This document shows positions 44,597 to 54,991 of a DNA stretch of 64,000 nt, one piece after another. Every line of letters starts with the position of its first letter. The stretch's first letter is position 1. The notes beneath the pieces are model-generated. The model searched no databases, had not been told where the DNA came from, and was given only the letters and a program-made list of their open reading frames with translations. The DNA is from Fimbriimonadales bacterium (lineage in GTDB: Bacteria > Armatimonadota > Fimbriimonadia > Fimbriimonadales > JABRVX01): assembly GCA_045862955.1 (NCBI GenBank), contig BTVI01000015.1, positions 1 through 64,000 of the forward strand, read 5' to 3'. The translations under genes and the position numbers were made by a program.

Positions 44597-45700
44597 ATGG
44601 CTGATTTGCCCGAATTGAGAAGGGACCCGGCTACCCGAGAGTGGGTCATCATTTCGCCGAAGAGAGAAGGTCGAGCAACGGGCTTTCGGATACCGGACGG
44701 GGACGAGCCGCTGGAGGAGTACGATCCCGAATGCCCCTTCTGCCCCGGCAACGAGGCGATGACCCCGCCCGAAGTGCTGGCCTATCGAAGTTCCGACTCC
44801 CAGCCCGACTCGCCCGGTTGGTGGGTGCGGGTCGTTCCTAACAAGTTCCCGGTCATCTCGCCCGATGGCGACCTGGACACCAAGGGCTTCGGCATGTACG
44901 ACCTGATGCACGGAGTGGGTGCCCACGAGGTGATGATCGAAACGCCGAAGCACAACCTGCAGATCGCCACCATGCCCCTGCAGCAGCTGTCCGAAGTGCT
45001 CTGGGCGTTCCGCGACCGGTGCCTCGACCTATCGCAGGATACGCGCGTCAGGTATACGATGCTGTTCCGCAACCGCGGCCGGATCGCGGGCGCAACACTG
45101 GCTCACCCGCACTCCCAGCTCGTCGCGCTGCCCATGATCCCGCACGACCTCAAACAGAAGATCGCGGGAGTCGCCGCATACTACGACTTCCACGAGCGAT
45201 GCCTGTACTGTGATATGATCCGGCAGGAGACCAACTTCGGAGAGCGCATCATCTGCGGCAACGAGGAGTTCATCGCTTTCTGCCCGTATGCCCCGAAGTA
45301 CCCCTACGAGATCGTGATCATGCCGCGCGGTCACCGGAGGGCCTTCGTCGAAGAGACTAGGCACACCATTGAACCGCTAGCACGCATCGTTCGGGAAGTG
45401 ATGCAGCGCCTCGATAGCGCTCTCAACAGCCCGCCGTTCAACTTCACCTTCCACTCCGCGCCGGTGAATGTCGAGAAGGACCCGCTGTTCCACTGGCACC
45501 TCAGCGTGCTGCCGCGGCTCACCATCGCTGCGGGCTTCGAGATGGGTACCGGCATCTACATCAACACCGTGCGGCCCGAGGATGCTGCGCGCATCCTGCG
45601 CGAGGAGCGTATCGAGCCGAAACCCGTTGAGACGGCTCAGCCCGCTGCAGCAGGCAACGGAGAGACCAAGTCCGCTGGCAAAAGCAAAGTTTCGACTTGA
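44597..45700 (+). CDS. galT: Galactose-1-phosphate uridylyltransferase
   Basis: CPFCPGNE, VVPNKFP, HEVMIETP, AGATLAHPHSQ, AGFEMGTG. Confidence 0.93.
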   Translation: MADLPELRRDPATREWVIISPKREGRATGFRIPDGDEPLEEYDPECPFCPGNEAMTPPEVLAYRSSDSQPDSPGWWVRVVPNKFPVISPDGDLDTKGFGMYDLMHGVGAHEVMIETPKHNLQIATMPLQQLSEVLWAFRDRCLDLSQDTRVRYTMLFRNRGRIAGATLAHPHSQLVALPMIPHDLKQKIAGVAAYYDFHERCLYCDMIRQETNFGERIICGNEEFIAFCPYAPKYPYEIVIMPRGHRRAFVEETRHTIEPLARIVREVMQRLDSALNSPPFNFTFHSAPVNVEKDPLFHWHLSVLPRLTIAAGFEMGTGIYINTVRPEDAARILREERIEPKPVETAQPAAAGNGETKSAGKSKVST

Positions 45701-45780
45701 CAGACCGGTAGGGATCGTTCACACTGAGAGGCCCGACGCACCCGCGTCGGGCCGCCTCGCCTTTGCTGTGAGTTAGCCGA

Positions 45781-46608
45781 ATGGGGGGCGAGACCATAGA
45801 GGTTGCCGTGAGGGACAAACCCACCCTTAGCCCGTCCAAGTTCGTAACCTACCTCGCTTGCCCGGTCATGTATCGCTGGAGCTTCGTCGACCCGCGGGGC
45901 CGCTGGTACCGAACGGCCAAGCCCTACTTTAGCTTCGGCGCCACGCTGCACAAAGTGCTGCAGCGCTTCCACGAACGGGGAGGCGTGGGCGAGGTGCCCA
46001 GAGAAACGCTGCTGGCCGACTATGAGGAGAGCTGGATCGAGGCGGGCTACGACAGCCCCGAGGAGTCGGCGAGGAGGCTGGAGCTCGGCCGTGAACTGCT
46101 CGTTCTTTATTACGAGAAGCAGGCTGCGGCGCCGACGCTTGCCAAGCCCGTGTACGTCGAACGGATGCTGCGCTTCGACCTCGGCCCCTTCCTGCTGCAG
46201 GGCCGCGTGGACCGCGTGGACGAGCACCCCGACGGCGCCCTCGAGGTGGTGGACTACAAGAGCGGTCGGGACAGCGTCAGCGAGGACGACGTGCGCAACG
46301 ACCTCGCGATGTGCGCGTATCAGTTGCTACTGCGTCGGCTCCATCCGGAGCGTGCGGTGCGCGCGACGATCCATGCTCTTCGGGCGAACGAATCGGCGAC
46401 CGTGGCGCTCACCGACGAGGAGCTGGCGCAGTTCGAGGAGACCCTCCGCTTGCTGGGCGAAGAGATCCTGGAGACCGACTTTGCGGCGCTGAAGCCGGTG
46501 TTCAAGCCGGTGTGCGAGGGGTGCGATTTCGTTCCGCTGTGCAAGCGCGACCCCGAGTATGCAGCGCAGTGGGAAGCCGCACGGTCCGAGGCCCCGCCGG
46601 AGGTCTGA
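45781..46608 (+). CDS. PD-(D/E)XK (RecB/AddB-like) nuclease with probable 4Fe-4S cluster
   Basis: LSPSK...ACP, FGATLH, GRVDRVD, VVDYKSG, C-terminal CEGCDFVPLC. Confidence 0.85.
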   Translation: MGGETIEVAVRDKPTLSPSKFVTYLACPVMYRWSFVDPRGRWYRTAKPYFSFGATLHKVLQRFHERGGVGEVPRETLLADYEESWIEAGYDSPEESARRLELGRELLVLYYEKQAAAPTLAKPVYVERMLRFDLGPFLLQGRVDRVDEHPDGALEVVDYKSGRDSVSEDDVRNDLAMCAYQLLLRRLHPERAVRATIHALRANESATVALTDEELAQFEETLRLLGEEILETDFAALKPVFKPVCEGCDFVPLCKRDPEYAAQWEAARSEAPPEV

Positions 46609-46714
46609 TGCCCATCCGAGGCAGCAAGCAATGACCCCACCCAAACGTTGCCATGCCGTTGCGGCTGCCGAATGCGGTGCAATTCCCCCGCGACCCTGGC
46701 AGCCGGAAAGCGGA

Positions 46715-47821
46715 TTACTTGCCGACCGCGTCTGCAGGCTTCAGCGTGATCTTGGGCAGGTCGCCGTGCTTGGAGAACTCCACCTTCACGCCTAGTGCCT
46801 TTTCCGCGAAGGAGGAGAGCGGAACGAGCATAAAGCCCTGGTCGCTCTGCAGCGGGCGGTCCAGTTGAACGGCCTTGTCGTCCGCCGTGAGCAAACCCTT
46901 GTCCGGGTCCAGGTGCACCTTCTTGCCTAGGATGGTAACGTTGGCGTAGGGCGGCGGTGGCCCGTGGAAGGTCGCGCCGGCGAACTCCGGGTTGATCTTG
47001 CTGGTCGGGTCCAACAGCATGGTGACGAAGTTGGGAGGCACCAGGTAGTCCTTCTCTCCTAGGCGCTTCGCCGGGATACCCCGGGGCAGGCCGTTGTCAT
47101 CTACGAACACCAGCGTCGTCCCTTGCTCGCCCCAAGACTCCTGCAACTTCTTCACCGCCCACGCCCCCTCAATCCCTTGCTCTTCCCTTGTGGCACCGTC
47201 ACGTGTGCCTCCGTGCCCCAAGAAATGCAGCACCGGCACCGGCTCCGGCTTGCCGGCAAGGACCGCATCGATCTTGCGAGACAGGGCACGTGCGACGGAC
47301 AGCAGTGCCTCTTCCCCGATGTTACTGGACACATAAACGTCGCCCATGATGTTCCCGCGCGTAAAGAGCAACCTGCCACCGCCGGTCCCTGGCTCCGGCC
47401 GCCAAGCACGGTCGGCGAAGGACGCATAAGCGGGCCCGTCTGATACGTCAATCAGACGAGACTGGATCGTTCCGCTGAGGGTATTCACTCCCGCCACCGC
47501 CGATTCGGGCGTCGCCCGCACAGAAGCAGCAACCCACACTGTAGGGTGGCCCGAGCCCTCTGACTCCTCCTTGGGGCAATACCACACCTGTCGGTAGAAT
47601 GATGGCCCAATCTCCATGCGGCCTAGAACCGCGTTCGTAGAGACGTGCTCTGGCCCGATGATCAGTGCTGAAAGGAGGGTACTCGGCTCCTGCACAGCGT
47701 GGTTGGAGGCTCCGCCGGTAGTGGTACCACTCATCGAATGCACCCCTCCCAAGCCGGCCTGGAACGCAGCCGCGAGCGTTGCCACGGCGACTCCTGCTCC
47801 ATACACCCAATATGTTCGCAT
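46715..47821 (-). CDS. Hypothetical exported protein, possible C-terminal copper-amine-oxidase-N (stalk)-like domain
   Basis: N-terminal hydrophobic segment; C-terminal VQLDRPL...MLVPLSSFAEKALGVKVEF. Confidence 0.6.
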   Translation of the reverse strand: MRTYWVYGAGVAVATLAAAFQAGLGGVHSMSGTTTGGASNHAVQEPSTLLSALIIGPEHVSTNAVLGRMEIGPSFYRQVWYCPKEESEGSGHPTVWVAASVRATPESAVAGVNTLSGTIQSRLIDVSDGPAYASFADRAWRPEPGTGGGRLLFTRGNIMGDVYVSSNIGEEALLSVARALSRKIDAVLAGKPEPVPVLHFLGHGGTRDGATREEQGIEGAWAVKKLQESWGEQGTTLVFVDDNGLPRGIPAKRLGEKDYLVPPNFVTMLLDPTSKINPEFAGATFHGPPPPYANVTILGKKVHLDPDKGLLTADDKAVQLDRPLQSDQGFMLVPLSSFAEKALGVKVEFSKHGDLPKITLKPADAVGK

Positions 47822-47824
47822 CTC

Positions 47825-49804
47825 TCAATCTACCCCCGTGGGGAGATTCCACCAGAACGGGTCGGGCTGGCCGAGTCGCCATGGCGTGCACTCGTACCAG
47901 CGGCCCGTGTAGTAGAGATCTCGCTCATAGGTTGATAGGGCCTCATCCTGAGGAACACGCACCCACGTCCCTTGTCCCTCCGGCGGCTCCGGGGGAACCG
48001 TGTACGGGTTCGCCGTCGTGATACGGACGCAAGGATCGAAAACTGCGTTGTCCCACCCAGCATGGTGGAACGCCCACAGCGTAGTCCCCCAATTCGCCGC
48101 GTTCGCTCGGTCGATCGGGTGGATATAGCGGGTTAGAAAACCGCTGTTGGGCCAAGGAACCTCGCCGTTCTCGCACTGAGGGGCGGTGGGCCCATCGGAG
48201 CGTCCATCAATCCGCCTCGCCCGTACGTCGAGTCCTATAGAGTGGCACAGCTTCTGCCACTACAGAGACATATCCTGGCAGTCAGCCTCGGATGCGCCCA
48301 TCAGCTCCCATAGGTCGAATCCCCATCCGGTAGCAGTACAGGGATTGTTCGCATTAGGTATCGGGTGATAGTGACTGATATTGCCACTATAGTCCTTGTA
48401 CCCGCTATAGTAGGCCTTGCAGGCCAACCGCTTCATCGCATCTCGTGCTTGACCCGAGTTGTAGCCTTCGGCAGGCATCCACGTGCAGGCGGTGTTCAGC
48501 ACGGCACTCCAACACGTGCGGATCGTGCCGCCTTGGGTCTGCCCCCAAGGTCCCACCGGCTGGCCGAACGTCAGGAAGACCTGGGGGTGCACGGCGGTAC
48601 GTGTCCCCGCACACGCCCAATCGCTGTCCTGATGCCTCTTCACGTAGAAGGCGTAGTTCTGTGTAAGCGTGTACGGCGGCCTCACGCGAGGCCTCGCAGG
48701 AGGCTGATGCGCCAGCTCCGTGGGCAACGACGCAATCTTGTCTTTCGTGCGAGGTATGTCCTCGAACCCGTCGCTCCACGAGTTGACAACCAAGTAGCGG
48801 ATGCACACCTGGCCCGTCACCGATTGGTCGGGCGTGACCAGGTGCACGTTTGAGGTCATCGTGGTGCTGATGGTGTAGGCAAAGGGCTTGGTGTTAGTAG
48901 GTGTCCAGTGCGGGGGGACGATTGGGACATCGCCGTCATCTGGCTCGCCGCCCGGGATGTCCGGATCCCTTAGCCGCAGGTCGTGGTCGTTCTGCCACTC
49001 GATCCAGTCCGTGGCCAACTGCGGCTTCACTTACACGTCGCGTTACACGTACGCGATGTTGTCGCAAGCAGAGGTGTCGCAAGCCTCCACCTTGATCATA
49101 TGCGTGCCCTGTGATGTTCCCGAGACGTCCCAGATGAACTTCCAGTAGTCGGCTTCCTGGATCATGTCCCCCTTGTACGCGTTGTCCACATAGAACTTCA
49201 CCCACAACACTCCCGACGGGTCCGTGATGTAAGCTTTCACGAAGACCGAATCACAATCGTACGGGTCCATGTCGTCCTGATCGCCCATTCCGCCGACGTA
49301 CTCGTTGTCCACCGCCGGCTTCTCCAGGTCAATGGTCGGCGGTGAGCAGTCTGACGATACCTCGATCTCGACCTCAACCAGCATTCGGGGCGAATCCGGG
49401 TTGATGTCCTGCGCGAAGCTCCCCTTGTCCCAAACCCACGCTCGAACCACGAACGTACCGCACGACGTGTACGTGTGGTACACGTTGCCGATGATTGTCC
49501 TGCGCGGGGTCGAAACATTGTCGCCGTAGTTCTGGCTGAGAAAGGTCTCCTGAGAACTTCCGTCTCCCCAATCCCACTTCACGTGGATGTCGTCGTACAG
49601 AGCCTCGGGGTCGTCCCCACAGTAATCCGGGTCCGTTGTTGTCACCCAGAACCGCACTGGGGTGCACGCCGTCGGGGCGTCGTGTCCTACGGAGCCATTG
49701 TTGAACCCGTTGGCCCGACAGTTCTGCGCCACGGCGGGCAGAAGCTGCGCCACGCCGGCAAGCAGCCACACGCAGGCGAGGATTACTCGCCGTTGTTTGC
49801 CCAT
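47825..49804 (-). pseudogene. Secreted PKD + Ig-like + transglutaminase-like protein interrupted by 3 in-frame stops
   Basis: Single frame from ATG 49804 to TGA 47825 with TAA 49043-49045, TAA 49031-49033 and TAG 48260-48262; WDWGDG...HTYT (PKD), WVKFYVD...WDVS (Ig), ADCQDMS...FHH...VFDPC. Confidence 0.8.
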
Positions 49805-51025
49805 GCTTCCTCCTCCATGCGTGCCTGCCGGGTCCAGGAGCTATCGGGGTGCCGACGGCGGAGCTCGTCCCACGCCCGTTTGGCCTCGACCCGGTCTCCT
49901 GCCAGGCTGTACGAGTGGCCCGCCATATAGCGGGAGGCGACCGGACAGGGGTACCTGGCAATCGCGTGCAGGTAGCGTTCCGCTACGGTGAGGTAGTCCC
50001 TCTCTTGGTAATAGCCAAACGCGATGTCGTGTGCAATCTCCACGGCGAAATGGTCTTTCTGGTAGAGGTCCACGATCTCCACGAGGTTGGCTCGCGCAGC
50101 CGCGCTCTCTCCTGTAGTACAGCTAGTTGACAGCCGCCCGGTACTCGGCCAGATACGCGATGTAGGGGTCGTCACTTTCGGCGGCGAGGGCATCGGCGAG
50201 GTCCGATGAGGCACTCGCATTGCCCAGGCTGTCCGCAAGAATCTCGCACTTCGCAATCAGCGCGCGACCCCGCAAGGTCGGGTGCTCCGAAACGATCCGG
50301 TCGAGGTGCGCGACAGCCTCGGAAGGCTTCCCCGCATCGCGGTACACCTCCATCACCCGAAGGGCCACCTCCTCGAAGCGAGGCTTGTCCCGGTATTTGT
50401 CCATGTATTACCGGTATGCCTCCAGCGAAGCTTCGTACTGCTTGGCGGCGTGCGCCGTGGCCCCGATGTGGAACAGGATGTCCTCGGCGTGTTCCGGGTA
50501 GAGAGGCAGAATCCGGTGGTAGTGCTCGAGTGCCGCGGGCCAGTCGGCCTTCAGCTTGAGGCAATCGCCGATCAACAGGTCGGCTCTGGCCGCCTCCTTC
50601 GGGTCGGTCACTCCCTTGCGTCTCTCGATGAGCCGAGAGATGTAGGCATCGGAAGTTGCCGTGTCCCCCTTTGCCCGGTAGCGCACCGCGAGCTTGTTCA
50701 GCACCTCCGACCAGCGGAACTCCGGTGCGACGTCCGTCAGTGTCTCGAAGCACTCGATGGCCTCATCGTTCGGCCCCAGGCACTCCAGCGCGATACCGCT
50801 CCAGAAGATGCACCTGTGCTGGACCTCGGGTGTTGGGTCGCTGCCGCGGATGACGCGATACTTATCGAGCGCCTCCTCGTACCGGCCGTCGCGGATCATC
50901 TGGTACGCGTCTCAGAGGTCCTGCTCGGTGTCTGCACGGGACGTCGGCGCAGCCCCAAGCACCATGCAGGCCGCCAGAAGTAGACCTGCGAGCCGCAGCC
51001 CCATGCCCCCTCTACGATTCTCCAT
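49783..51025 (-). pseudogene. Exported TPR protein interrupted by 3 in-frame stops and 1 frameshift
   Basis: MENRRGGMGLRLAGLLLAAC signal; TGA 50912-50914, TAA 50408-50410 and TAG 50123-50125 in frame; frameshift near 50113; TPR-like helices throughout. Confidence 0.8.
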
Positions 51026-51095
51026 GCCGACCTTCACCCTCTCTTCGGCTAGCTAAACAAACGCCGTAAGCGTTCCACCATATACGCCCGCAGAT

Positions 51096-51124
51096 AATAT
51101 AACGGAGCTTTCTAGCGTTTTCAA
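51096..51124 (-). promoter_or_regulatory. Putative sigma70 promoter of the interrupted operon
   Basis: TTGAAA-N17-TATATT on the minus strand. Confidence 0.55.
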
Positions 51125-51244
51125 GCCCCCACCGCACAATTTCCTGAGAAAACTGCCTGTTCACGGCAAACCAGCAAGTCTCCGTAGGAAGGGGAGCAGG
51201 ACAGAGGAACCGTGGGTGGGGGGTGCGTGCATAATGCGGGGCGG

Positions 51245-53155
51245 ATGATGCCTGCGCTCGCACCCGCCAGAATCCAGGACCGTCTCGCCGAGCCCGGTGC
51301 CGTGCTCCTCGACGACCGCGAGCATGGCCGCACTTTCCTGCTGCATCGCCCTGTCGGCCACATAACTGCCGACACCCCCGCGCAGGTGGAGGAGGCGCTC
51401 GCGAAGTTAGACGCTGCTTTGGCCGACGGGCTGGTCGCCTCTGGTTTCCTGTCCTACGAGGCGGGCGTCGCGCTCAATCGGCCCAACGCCATCCCCCACA
51501 CGCACGACCTGCCACTCGTGTGGCTGGGCCTTTATGAGGGGGTTGAGGAAGCCGATCCCGCGTGTTTCGAGTTCGACGCCTCGGCCGCAAGCGGCCGAGG
51601 CGTCGAGAACCCACGGTTGTGCGTCGGCGCGCGAGAGTACTGCCGTGCGGTCGAGCGCATCAAAGCGTACATCGAAGCCGGCGATGTGTACCAGGTCAAC
51701 TACACGTGCAAAGTGCGCTTCAAGTACGAGGGTCCGCCCGCGGACCTGTTCCTCCGGCTGCGAAGCGCCCACCCCGTCGGCTACTCGGGGTTCCTGAATC
51801 TGGGCTACGCGCAGGTGCTCTCCCTCTCCCCCGAGCTGCTCTTGCGGCGCGAAGGAAGACGCGTGCTCACCCGCCCGATGAAGGGAACCGCGAAGCGCGG
51901 CCGATGGAGCGAGGAGGACCAGCTCATCGCAGACGCGCTGGCGCGCGACGAGAAGAACCGCGCCGAGAACTTGATGATCTTGGACCTGATGCGAAACGAC
52001 CTCGGGAGGGTGTGCGAGTACGGCAGCGTGACGGTGCCCGCGATGTTTCAGGTGGAGCGCTATCCCACGGTGTTGCAGATGACCAGCGAGGTGGAAGGGC
52101 TGCTGTACGAGGGCGTCCGCGTCTCGGACCTGCTCCGAGCCATTCTGCCGCCCGGGTCCGTCACTGGAACGCCGAAGCTGAGGGCCTGCGAGATCATCGG
52201 TGAGCTGGAGGCGGAAGCGCGCGGTCCTTATTGCGGCTGCATCGGCATCTTCCGGCCGAACGGCGATTGCCTGCTGAACGTGGCCATTCGCACAGTCGTA
52301 AAGCAAGGCGCTCGCTGCGAACTCGGCGTGGGTGGCGCGATCGTGGCGGATTCCACAGCCGTGTCCGAGCGAGAAGAGGCCATCAGCAAGAGCCGCTTCC
52401 TGTTCAGCAGGCGGGTGGAGTTCGACTTGCTCGAAACCTTACGCTACGACCGAGGCAGGGGCTACCGCTGGACAGAAGAGCACCTCGCACGCATGGCGGC
52501 CTCCGCCGGCTACTTCGACAGGCGTTGGGATGCGGAGCGGGTGATCGAGGCGCTCGAGGGTGCTGCCTCCGGTGTCGAGGCCGACCTGTCGGCAATCGGC
52601 GCGAAGGCTGCCCGCGTCCGACTGCTGGTCGGCGCCGACGGAGAGCCGAGGGTCGAATGGGCAGCGCTGGTGGGAGGCGAGACCCGCCCCGTCACCCTGA
52701 TGCTAGCGGAGGAGCGAACCGACCCAGACGACGTGTTCCTGTACCACAAGACCACCCACCGCGCGCTGTATGATCTCGGGCTGCGCGAGGCCCAGCAGCG
52801 GGGCCACTTCGACGCGCTGTTCCTGAATGCGCGAGGCGAGGTGACCGAGTGCTCCCGGGCCAACATCGTCGCTCTGCTAGACGGCGAGTGGGTTACGCCG
52901 CCTCTTGCGTGCGGCCTCCTCCCGGGGCTGTGGCGAGAGGAGTGGCTAAGACGTGGACCGGCGATCGAACGTGTGATCACCCTGCCGGATCTGCTCCGGG
53001 CCGAGCGGGTCGTCATCGGCAACTCCGTGCGTGGGGCGATTCCGGTAGCGAGCCTCGAGCTGGGCCAGGGAAGGGTCGTCGAGTGGCAGAGGGCAGCAGA
53101 GGAGAGCGATGGGGCAGGCGAAGTTGCCTGGACCCGACTACCAGGCTCCCGGTAG
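51245..53155 (+). CDS. pabB: Aminodeoxychorismate synthase component I fused to ADC lyase (aminotransferase IV) domain
   Basis: GDVYQVN, SPELLL, PMKGT, AENLMILDLMRNDLGRV, NVAIRT; then LLETL, HKTTHR, ECSRAN, GLLPG. Confidence 0.92.
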   Translation: MMPALAPARIQDRLAEPGAVLLDDREHGRTFLLHRPVGHITADTPAQVEEALAKLDAALADGLVASGFLSYEAGVALNRPNAIPHTHDLPLVWLGLYEGVEEADPACFEFDASAASGRGVENPRLCVGAREYCRAVERIKAYIEAGDVYQVNYTCKVRFKYEGPPADLFLRLRSAHPVGYSGFLNLGYAQVLSLSPELLLRREGRRVLTRPMKGTAKRGRWSEEDQLIADALARDEKNRAENLMILDLMRNDLGRVCEYGSVTVPAMFQVERYPTVLQMTSEVEGLLYEGVRVSDLLRAILPPGSVTGTPKLRACEIIGELEAEARGPYCGCIGIFRPNGDCLLNVAIRTVVKQGARCELGVGGAIVADSTAVSEREEAISKSRFLFSRRVEFDLLETLRYDRGRGYRWTEEHLARMAASAGYFDRRWDAERVIEALEGAASGVEADLSAIGAKAARVRLLVGADGEPRVEWAALVGGETRPVTLMLAEERTDPDDVFLYHKTTHRALYDLGLREAQQRGHFDALFLNARGEVTECSRANIVALLDGEWVTPPLACGLLPGLWREEWLRRGPAIERVITLPDLLRAERVVIGNSVRGAIPVASLELGQGRVVEWQRAAEESDGAGEVAWTRLPGSR

Positions 53156-53239
53156 TCCATCGTTCGGGGAACGCCTAACCGCCGTGCCCTGTCTTGATGT
53201 GCAGACCTATCAGGCTACCGAAATGGCGGTGAACCTTCT

Positions 53240-54910
53240 ATGAGATTTTGGCTGCTGCTTGTCTCGGCGCTACTGGGTGCTTCGGTGATCGCGGACGGTG
53301 CGGCTCGGCCTATGGTGCTGCCATCACCCATCGAGCTCGACACCCGCGAGGCACACGACCTGATCACCCCACTACGCTTCGATGCCGAGCGTTACTCGGC
53401 GCTGAAGGACGTACGGGGAAGCGTGATCCTACGCGGCTTTCCCATCAACAGAACCGTATCGGCTGACCTGCTGCTCGAGCGCTTCGACGTCTTGCCGTCG
53501 AACGCGTCGGTGGTCATCGGGTCGGACGTTGGCGACATCCCGATCGAACGCCCGGACGTGGTGCTGCTGCGTGGAACGATTGATGGACAGACTAAGTCCT
53601 CCGTGTATCTCGGCCTGTCTCCCTGGGGCTGCAACGGTTGGCTGATGTTGGACGATGATCTGTACTTCGTTTCGGCCGGATCGAGGACTAACAACCGATC
53701 CTTGCACATATACCGAGTCGAGGACATGCCGAGCTACTGGTTGCGGTCGGATTGGTTCTGTGATGCGGATAGCCTGTTACCTAACGGACTCGCTGGCCAC
53801 ACTAACAGTGATGTCGTGATCGCTGACGATTGCGGAGGCAAGCTAGCTTCCGTTGCGGTCGAGACCGACTGGGAGTTTACTGGCAGCCTGTTCGGTGGCA
53901 ACACCAGCGCATCCGGTGCCTACGTGGTCACACTGTTCGGTGCGGTGGACTTCATCTATCGGCGCGACTTCGGGGTGGCAGTCAACGTCCCGTACATGCG
54001 GCTGTGGAGCAACTCGAACGACCCTTGGAATCAGAACAACACATCGAATCAGCTCGATCAGTTCCGTACGTACTGGACTCAGAACATGCAGAACATCTAT
54101 CGCACGGTCGCGCACTTCCTCTCGGGCAGAGCTCTAGGTGGCGGCGTGGCGTGGATGAGCGTTCTGTGCAACTACGGCTATGGTTATGGGCTCAGTGCGA
54201 ACCTCGCCGGCTTCTTCCCGCCAGGGCTAGAGCCTGGCCCGAACAACTGGGACCCGTTCGTGGTGACGCACGAAATCGGGCACAACTTCGGCGCCCCACA
54301 TACGCATGAGATGTTCCCTCCGGTCGACACGTGCGGGCTGGGATGCAACGATCCCCCATTCGTGGGCACGATCATGAGTTACTGCCACATATGTCCGGGT
54401 GGCATGTCTAACATTCGTCTGGAGTTCCATCCTCGAACGATCGAGGTAGTGCAGAACTACCTCAGGGGGGTGGGCTGCCTCAGCTCAGCAGTTCTCACCT
54501 GCAATGTCGCCTTGCAGGAGTATCAGGGTACGGCTCCGCTCATGGGGTATGTCGAGCTTCGCAAATCGGGGACCGGGGACTTGGAAGCACTGCGGTCCGT
54601 GGTCTATCAGGATGGCAGGTTCGGCATGAACTCGCCGCTGCTCTGCGAGCACGACGTCTCGGTGAAGTTTCCAACCTTCCTGCGGAAGACGATCCCATCC
54701 GTCATGATCCTGCCACCGGAGACGATCTTGAACTTCGCGATGCTGAATGGCGACGCTAACAACGATAACGTCGTGGATATTCGCGACCTCAACATCATGC
54801 TGTCTCGATTCGGCATGACCGGTCAAGGGGACGTGAACTACAACGGCGTAGTGGATGTCTCCGACATATCGGTTGTGCTCATCAACTTCGGCTTGGCTGG
54901 CGATTTCTAG
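53240..54910 (+). CDS. Secreted M12B/reprolysin-like zinc metalloprotease with C-terminal Ig-like + dockerin-like module
   Basis: HEIGHNFGAPH, Met-turn GTIMSYCH; C-terminal GDANNDNVVDIRDL...GDVNYNGVVDVSDI. Confidence 0.88.
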   Translation: MRFWLLLVSALLGASVIADGAARPMVLPSPIELDTREAHDLITPLRFDAERYSALKDVRGSVILRGFPINRTVSADLLLERFDVLPSNASVVIGSDVGDIPIERPDVVLLRGTIDGQTKSSVYLGLSPWGCNGWLMLDDDLYFVSAGSRTNNRSLHIYRVEDMPSYWLRSDWFCDADSLLPNGLAGHTNSDVVIADDCGGKLASVAVETDWEFTGSLFGGNTSASGAYVVTLFGAVDFIYRRDFGVAVNVPYMRLWSNSNDPWNQNNTSNQLDQFRTYWTQNMQNIYRTVAHFLSGRALGGGVAWMSVLCNYGYGYGLSANLAGFFPPGLEPGPNNWDPFVVTHEIGHNFGAPHTHEMFPPVDTCGLGCNDPPFVGTIMSYCHICPGGMSNIRLEFHPRTIEVVQNYLRGVGCLSSAVLTCNVALQEYQGTAPLMGYVELRKSGTGDLEALRSVVYQDGRFGMNSPLLCEHDVSVKFPTFLRKTIPSVMILPPETILNFAMLNGDANNDNVVDIRDLNIMLSRFGMTGQGDVNYNGVVDVSDISVVLINFGLAGDF

Positions 54911-54991
54911 ATTCGTCTCAACGTCGTTTGTGTGACAACGCCCTGGAGCGAGATCCGCTCCAGGGCGTTGCATCCGAGGGGTGGTTACCCG

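Noticed and set aside
45781..46608. cas4 gene
   Set aside because: No cas1/cas2 or genuine array nearby; the motifs fit generic RecB/AddB-like nucleases.
47825..51025. Stop-codon reassignment or Sec/Pyl recoding
   Set aside because: All three stop types occur plus a frameshift, and TAA, TAG and TGA all terminate normal genes in this window; pseudogenisation is simpler.
51245..53155. PabB-PabC fusion as a novelty
   Set aside because: This bifunctional architecture is already known in many bacteria.
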